48,217 nt of DNA from the IMG/VR virus record IMGVR_UViG_3300036859_000196, positions 1 through 48,217 of that record, one strand, 5' to 3'. Position 1 is the stretch's first letter, and each line of letters begins with the position of its first letter. Origin of the DNA: a virus. Position numbers and translations under genes: made by a program. Under the pieces are notes generated by a model. The model searched no databases and was not told the DNA's origin. It saw only the letters and a list, made by a program, of their open reading frames with translations. This document shows positions 43,654 through 48,217 of the stretch, piece after piece.

Positions 43654-44322
43654 ATGAAAACCGCAATGGAATGGTTCAACTCAAGCGACAACCGCAAGAC
43701 GGTTTGGAAGGTCGGTCTGATCTGCCTCGGCGTGCTCGCCGCGGTGATGATCTTCAGCGGCCTGCTCAACAGGGCGCGTGCCGACGGCCCGTCGAAGAAG
43801 GGCCAGATCGCAGCCGCTACGCCCGCGCCAGCCCGGCTATGGACGGGCGTCTACGTCGGCGGCTTCGGCAGCTACGCCACCGGCACGCTGGGCGACTCCG
43901 GCCCCATCGACATCTCGTCGACCGGGCCGTTCGCCGGCCTCAACGTCGGCCTCAACGTGCAGACCGGCCAGATCGTGTGGGGCTTCGAGGTCGCGCACGC
44001 CTGGGCGTTCGGCGACCTCAAGGACATCGGCATCGATCGCGAGCTTGAATACACTGGCCGCGTCGGCGTCCTGTGGAACCCGCAGGCACTGCTGTACGTG
44101 CACGGATCGTTCGCGCAGATCGCGACCAAGTTCGGCGACTTCGAGGGCTGGAAGGGCGGCGTGGGCGTCGAGATCCGCACGCCGTCCGAGGGCTGGTCTA
44201 TGGACCTGCGCGGCGGCTATGCAGACTATGACGTTCACCCCTCAGTTGAGGCGAACATGCTGTGGCTGCGCGTCGGCCTCAACAAGCGGTTCGACATGCC
44301 GGCGGGGTGGTTCGGCCAATGA
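43654..44322 (+). CDS. Outer-membrane beta-barrel-like protein
   Basis: Signal peptide then alternating hydrophobic/aromatic strands, Gly/Tyr-rich; ends ...AGWFGQ. Confidence 0.5.
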   Translation: MKTAMEWFNSSDNRKTVWKVGLICLGVLAAVMIFSGLLNRARADGPSKKGQIAAATPAPARLWTGVYVGGFGSYATGTLGDSGPIDISSTGPFAGLNVGLNVQTGQIVWGFEVAHAWAFGDLKDIGIDRELEYTGRVGVLWNPQALLYVHGSFAQIATKFGDFEGWKGGVGVEIRTPSEGWSMDLRGGYADYDVHPSVEANMLWLRVGLNKRFDMPAGWFGQ

Positions 44323-44429
44323 CACGCGCCATCCTGTTCGCGTTCCTACTGCTCGCCGGCTGTGCCGAGGTGCGTGAGGTCATGCATCTCGGACAGCCAG
44401 CGGGCCACACTGAAGGGGAGCGGAAGTGA
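44319..44429 (+). CDS. Small lipoprotein (36 aa)
   Basis: Hand translation MTRAILFAFLLLAGCAEV... with lipobox LLAGC; ATGA overlap with upstream stop. Confidence 0.35.
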   Translation: MTRAILFAFLLLAGCAEVREVMHLGQPAGHTEGERK

Positions 44430-44937
44430 TCTCCGAGACCCATACAGCAATCATCGTTTGGCTGGCCCTGGCGATACTCGCCAGCGGCCTGCCGGGAGGG
44501 TGGTGATGAGCATCGAGCTATCCGTCATAATCCACCACGAGACGGCCGCCGCTTGGCTGGTCTCCGACACGGGCGAGCGCGCCGACGGTGAGGCGCGGGC
44601 ATGACGCGGTACGTCACGGAGATGCGGAAGCCGCCGAAAGCCGACTGGATGGACGCCGTTGTCGTCCCAACGCTCGTTCACCCGGTCGTGAGCGTGGGGC
44701 CCCCTGTTTATACGGGCCTGCTTGATCGGAACGGCCACCGCATCTTGCGCGTGCCCAACGAGGTCGGCTTTGTCCCGAGGCGTGAGAAGCCATGAGCCGC
44801 CCCGTCCACCTCAAGGGCTTCCGCATCGGCAAGGGCGGCCGGGTCGAGAAGGACCCGAAACGGCTCGACGCCTCGGCTCGCGCGCGGCAGCGGCCGGGCG
44901 GGTCGAAGCGGGTGCGCGTCAAACGCAAGGGCGCCTG

Positions 44938-45516
44938 ATGCGCGAGATTGGCCCCGAGCTGACCGGCCGCACCGAGTATGTGCCCCATCGGGCGCTAACG
45001 CTGATCGACATGCTCTACCGCGATCGGGATCCAGAAAAGCGGCTCAGCGACGCGAAATTCCACGCGGGCCGCGATCTGCGCCGGCTGTGGATAGTGCGCC
45101 TCGGCCACAGCGAGGGTGTCGGCGGCTACGGCGATGGATCGCGCGCAACGGACCTACCGAAAGCCGATCGCGCCGGCCTCGCGCAGACCGGTTTCCGGAT
45201 CCAGAATGACGGCTCCGTCACGTTCAAGGCAGGCAAGCGCCGCGGCCGCACCAACGAGCGCCACCTGGAGGACGCCCTTTTCGCCGCCCTGGGCTTGCAC
45301 GACCAGGAGGGCAACAAGGTGCACGCCACCGAGCTTGAGATAGCGCTGTTGATCGGTGCGGTCGACCAAGCCGATCCGCCGTTGACGCTGACCGGCATCA
45401 CGCTTGCGCTCAGCCGGCGCTACAAGGAGACTTCTAAGCAGGCGCCACCCTGGGGCATGGGCTTCCTAGACGTGACGCTGGGGCGGCTCGCCAAGCACTT
45501 CGGCTACATGCGATGA
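44938..45516 (+). CDS. Hypothetical protein
   Basis: ATG 44938 inside ORF 44722..45516; upstream of terS. Confidence 0.4.
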   Translation: MREIGPELTGRTEYVPHRALTLIDMLYRDRDPEKRLSDAKFHAGRDLRRLWIVRLGHSEGVGGYGDGSRATDLPKADRAGLAQTGFRIQNDGSVTFKAGKRRGRTNERHLEDALFAALGLHDQEGNKVHATELEIALLIGAVDQADPPLTLTGITLALSRRYKETSKQAPPWGMGFLDVTLGRLAKHFGYMR

Positions 45517-45654
45517 ACGGTCGCGCGGGATCCAAATTCCGCCCCGCCGGGATCTATGGCAGGTGTGGAAATCACTACAGTGGCGCTTCACGCCCACGCC
45601 CCAAGCCCGCCCGCGCCGAACGTGCCGAGGCGGGCTTTCCATTGCCCCACATCG

Positions 45655-46245
45655 ATGGCCAGCAAGCAGAAGTCCCGCTCGAAGTCCGCACCGAAGGCAA
45701 AGCCCGCGAACAGCTCCAAGCGGAGCCGCGGCAGGCCAAGCGACTTCAAGTCGGAGTTCTGCGATCAGGCCGAGAAGCTGTGCAAGCTCCTCAACGCCGA
45801 CGATCTGGCGCTCGCGGCCTTCTTCGAGAAGGACGTCGCCACCATCAACCGATGGAAGAAGGCGCACGCTGAATTCCGCGCGTCGATAAAAAGGGGGAAG
45901 ATCGCGGCCGACATCGAGGTCGCGCACAGCTTTCATGAACGCGCCCGCGGCTACGAGTGGCAAGAGGCCGTGCCGATCAAGCTGAAGACCGTCGAGTACC
46001 ACGATGGCAAGCGGGTCAAGGAGAGCGAGCGCGTCGAGATCGTCATGGTCACAAAGCGCCAACCTGCGGACGTGACGGCGGGCATCTTCTGGATGAAGAA
46101 CCGACAGCACGAGACGTGGCGCGACAAGCACGATCACGCGCACTCCGGCGCCGTCGATGTGAACCTCACAGAGGTACGCGGTGGAATTGCGGGCAAGCTC
46201 GATCGCATCGCTTCCGCCCTCGAAAAGGCAAGCGTTCCTCGATAG
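45655..46245 (+). CDS. terS: Terminase small subunit
   Basis: Basic N-terminus then RGRPSDFKSEFCDQAEKLCKL..DVATINRWKKAHAEFRASIKRGK HTH-like region. Confidence 0.65.
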   Translation: MASKQKSRSKSAPKAKPANSSKRSRGRPSDFKSEFCDQAEKLCKLLNADDLALAAFFEKDVATINRWKKAHAEFRASIKRGKIAADIEVAHSFHERARGYEWQEAVPIKLKTVEYHDGKRVKESERVEIVMVTKRQPADVTAGIFWMKNRQHETWRDKHDHAHSGAVDVNLTEVRGGIAGKLDRIASALEKASVPR

Positions 46246-47527
46246 CCTGAGCGGCGACGAGCTCGCCCACATCGAGCACGACTGGCGCTTCTGGGCTCGC
46301 GACGAGCAACTCGCACCGCCGGGCCTGTGGCGCATATGGCTGCTGCTGGCCGGACGCGGCTTCGGCAAGACCCGCGTCGGTGCCGAGTGGTGCCACGAAC
46401 GCGCCGCCGAGTCCGTCTGCCGCATCGCCATCGTCGGCGCCACGATGGACGACGCCCGCAAGATCTGCGTCGATGGCGAGTCCGGCATCATGGCGTGCGC
46501 CAAGCCGTGGTTCCGCCCGACCTTCGAGCCGTCGAAGAACGGCGGCACGGTGACGTGGCCCAACGGCTCGCTGGCCGAACTCTACTCGGGCGAGAAGCCG
46601 GACGGCCTGCGCGGGCCGCAGTTCCATGCGGCGTGGCTCGACGAGCTGCTGAAGTGGCGCCGCATGCAGGCGGCCTGGGACATGCTCAGGTTCGCGCTGC
46701 GGCTTGGCACTCACCCGCGCACCGTGATAACCACCACGCCGACGCCAGCGAAGCTGATCAAGGACCTGGTCAATGACAAGCGCACGGGGGCGGACGGTTT
46801 GCCCATGGTGCGCGTAGTGCGCGGCTCGACCTACGCCAACGCCGCCAACCTATCGGCCGACGCCCTCGACGAACTGCGCACCAAGTACGAGGGCACCCGC
46901 CTCGGCCGGCAGGAGCTGTTCGGCGAGATCCTCGAAGACCGCCCCGGCGCGCTCTGGACATATGCCAACATCGACGAGCACCGCATCAATGACCCGGAAC
47001 AGGTCCCCAAGCTTGAGCGCACCATCGTCGCCATCGATCCTCCCGTCACTTCGGGCGAGGATGCCGACGAGTGCGGCATCGTCGCCGCCGGGCGGGGGCC
47101 GCACTCGCACGCCTACGTGCTCGGCGATGCGTCCGAGCGGGGCCTCTCGCCTAAGCAATGGGCTCAGAAGGCGCTTCGGCTTTACCACGACACCGGTGCG
47201 GGCCTGATCGTCGCCGAGGCCAACAACGGCGGCGAGATGATCAAGCACGTGATCAACACCGAGGCGCCGGAGGTCAAGGTCAAACTGGTGCACGCTAGCA
47301 AGGGCAAGGTCACCCGCGCCGAGCCGGTGTCGAGCCTCTACGAGCAAGGCCGAGTGCACCACGTCGGCACCTTCAAGGCGCTCGAAGATCAGCAAACTGA
47401 CTTTACTGTGGATTGGGACCGCGACGTGATGGGCTACTCGCCCGACCGCGTCGACGCCCTGGTGTGGGCGATCACCGAACTGATGCTGGCCAACCGCGCC
47501 CGCGGCGGCCTTGTGGGGACGTTCTGA
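46181..47527 (+). CDS. terL: Terminase large subunit (GTA-like family)
   Basis: N-terminal LSGDELAHIEHDWRFWARDEQLAPPGLWRIWLLLAGRGFGKTR (Walker A-like); GTG start overlapping terS. Confidence 0.85.
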   Translation: MELRASSIASLPPSKRQAFLDSLSGDELAHIEHDWRFWARDEQLAPPGLWRIWLLLAGRGFGKTRVGAEWCHERAAESVCRIAIVGATMDDARKICVDGESGIMACAKPWFRPTFEPSKNGGTVTWPNGSLAELYSGEKPDGLRGPQFHAAWLDELLKWRRMQAAWDMLRFALRLGTHPRTVITTTPTPAKLIKDLVNDKRTGADGLPMVRVVRGSTYANAANLSADALDELRTKYEGTRLGRQELFGEILEDRPGALWTYANIDEHRINDPEQVPKLERTIVAIDPPVTSGEDADECGIVAAGRGPHSHAYVLGDASERGLSPKQWAQKALRLYHDTGAGLIVAEANNGGEMIKHVINTEAPEVKVKLVHASKGKVTRAEPVSSLYEQGRVHHVGTFKALEDQQTDFTVDWDRDVMGYSPDRVDALVWAITELMLANRARGGLVGTF

Positions 47528-47529
47528 TG
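47357..47529 (+). repeat. 173-bp direct repeat, copy B (3' end of terL)
   Basis: Identical to 48045..48217; its last 127 nt equal window 1..127. Confidence 0.85.
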
Positions 47530-47946
47530 GGTGACCTACTGGCAAGAGCGAGAGACCTTGCGCAGCGCGCCAGGAGCATTGAGGCGGATGCGCAGCGCCT
47601 TGACGACGCAATGGCCGGATCTCCGACGAGAAGTGAGGTCGAGCGCGCAGTCGACGAAGCTCAGCGGCTTAAGCCCGCCGTCTCGGCTCTCGCCAGGGGA
47701 CAGCACGCCCTCATCGATGAGGCCGGCCGCCTCGATGACGTCGATGACGCACCCGGCATCGAGGATGCCGTTGGCGCACTATTCGACGATCTGGAGTTCG
47801 ACGCCGAGCGCATCCTCTGGCTCATCAACAGCGTCATCTATGATGGTGGGAAGTACCTATCCACCCATACGCACGACACGTTTAACGATTGGCTAGACGC
47901 GAACAAATCGGCCCCTCGCCCCGGCGCTCACGCCGTCTACCGCTAA
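47527..47946 (+). CDS. Small acidic helical protein, C-terminal ...RPGAHAVYR tail family
   Basis: ATG 47527 overlaps terL stop (TGATG); shared C-terminal motif. Confidence 0.6.
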   Translation: MGDLLARARDLAQRARSIEADAQRLDDAMAGSPTRSEVERAVDEAQRLKPAVSALARGQHALIDEAGRLDDVDDAPGIEDAVGALFDDLEFDAERILWLINSVIYDGGKYLSTHTHDTFNDWLDANKSAPRPGAHAVYR

Positions 47947-47967
47947 CCGCGCCCTGAGGTACATCAT

Positions 47968-48044
47968 ATGAGCGCGCACGACTACTACAGCGACCTGCGC
48001 GGCAAAGGCGAAGTCGTCCATGTGCGCGAAAGGGTCGAGAGCGT
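47968..48044 (+). pseudogene. Truncated 5' copy of the MSAHDYYS gene (homologous to start of 1498..1875)
   Basis: First ~26 nt near-identical to 1498-1523; frame then runs into the terL 3' repeat. Confidence 0.4.
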
Positions 48045-48217
48045 CACCACGTCGGCACCTTCAAGGCGCTCGAAGATCAGCAAACTGACTTTACTGTGGA
48101 TTGGGACCGCGACGTGATGGGCTACTCGCCCGACCGCGTCGACGCCCTGGTGTGGGCGATCACCGAACTGATGCTGGCCAACCGCGCCCGCGGCGGCCTT
48201 GTGGGGACGTTCTGATG
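48045..48217 (+). repeat. 173-bp direct repeat, copy C (terL 3' end remnant)
   Basis: Identical to 47357..47529; continues as window 1..127. Confidence 0.85.

Noticed and set aside
1-48217. Reverse transcriptase / DGR, CRISPR-Cas or other known defence-system signature genes
   Set aside because: No ORF shows the corresponding motifs on reading the translations; variability candidates are limited to repeats and homopolymers.

Overview
High-GC (~65%) window that reads as one complete, circularly permuted temperate phage genome of about 48.1 kb (first 127 nt = last 127 nt), probably from an alphaproteobacterial (Rhizobiales-like) host. All calls are from reading the sequence and the ORF translations by eye; no database search was run. 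The + strand carries the late operon: small and large terminase, portal, Mu-F-like head protein, HK97-type prohead protease and major capsid, connectors, a GTA-like tail module (major tail protein, tape measure, distal tail, hub, NlpC/P60 peptidase, host-specificity protein, two fibres), then a GH108 endolysin and a spanin pair. The rest is mostly minus-strand: XRE and RHH regulators, an IS1595-family insertion with target-site duplication, attP (a 3' tRNA-Arg fragment) next to integrase/excisionase, a RecT-like recombination module, a CI-like repressor/Cro-like switch, a DUF1376 replication initiator, and an outer-membrane/lipoprotein cluster. The most novel signal is a family of five otherwise unrelated ORFs in the morphogenesis operon that all end in the same peptide, P-G-A-H-x-[V/A]-Y-R-stop, including a 20-codon micro-ORF and one copy inside a repeat-flanked cassette between terL and portal. 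Other notable items are a CI-like repressor split by a frameshift at a G6 tract, a 12-nt tandem-repeat gene, and a G9 tract in an integrase-adjacent nuclease-like gene.
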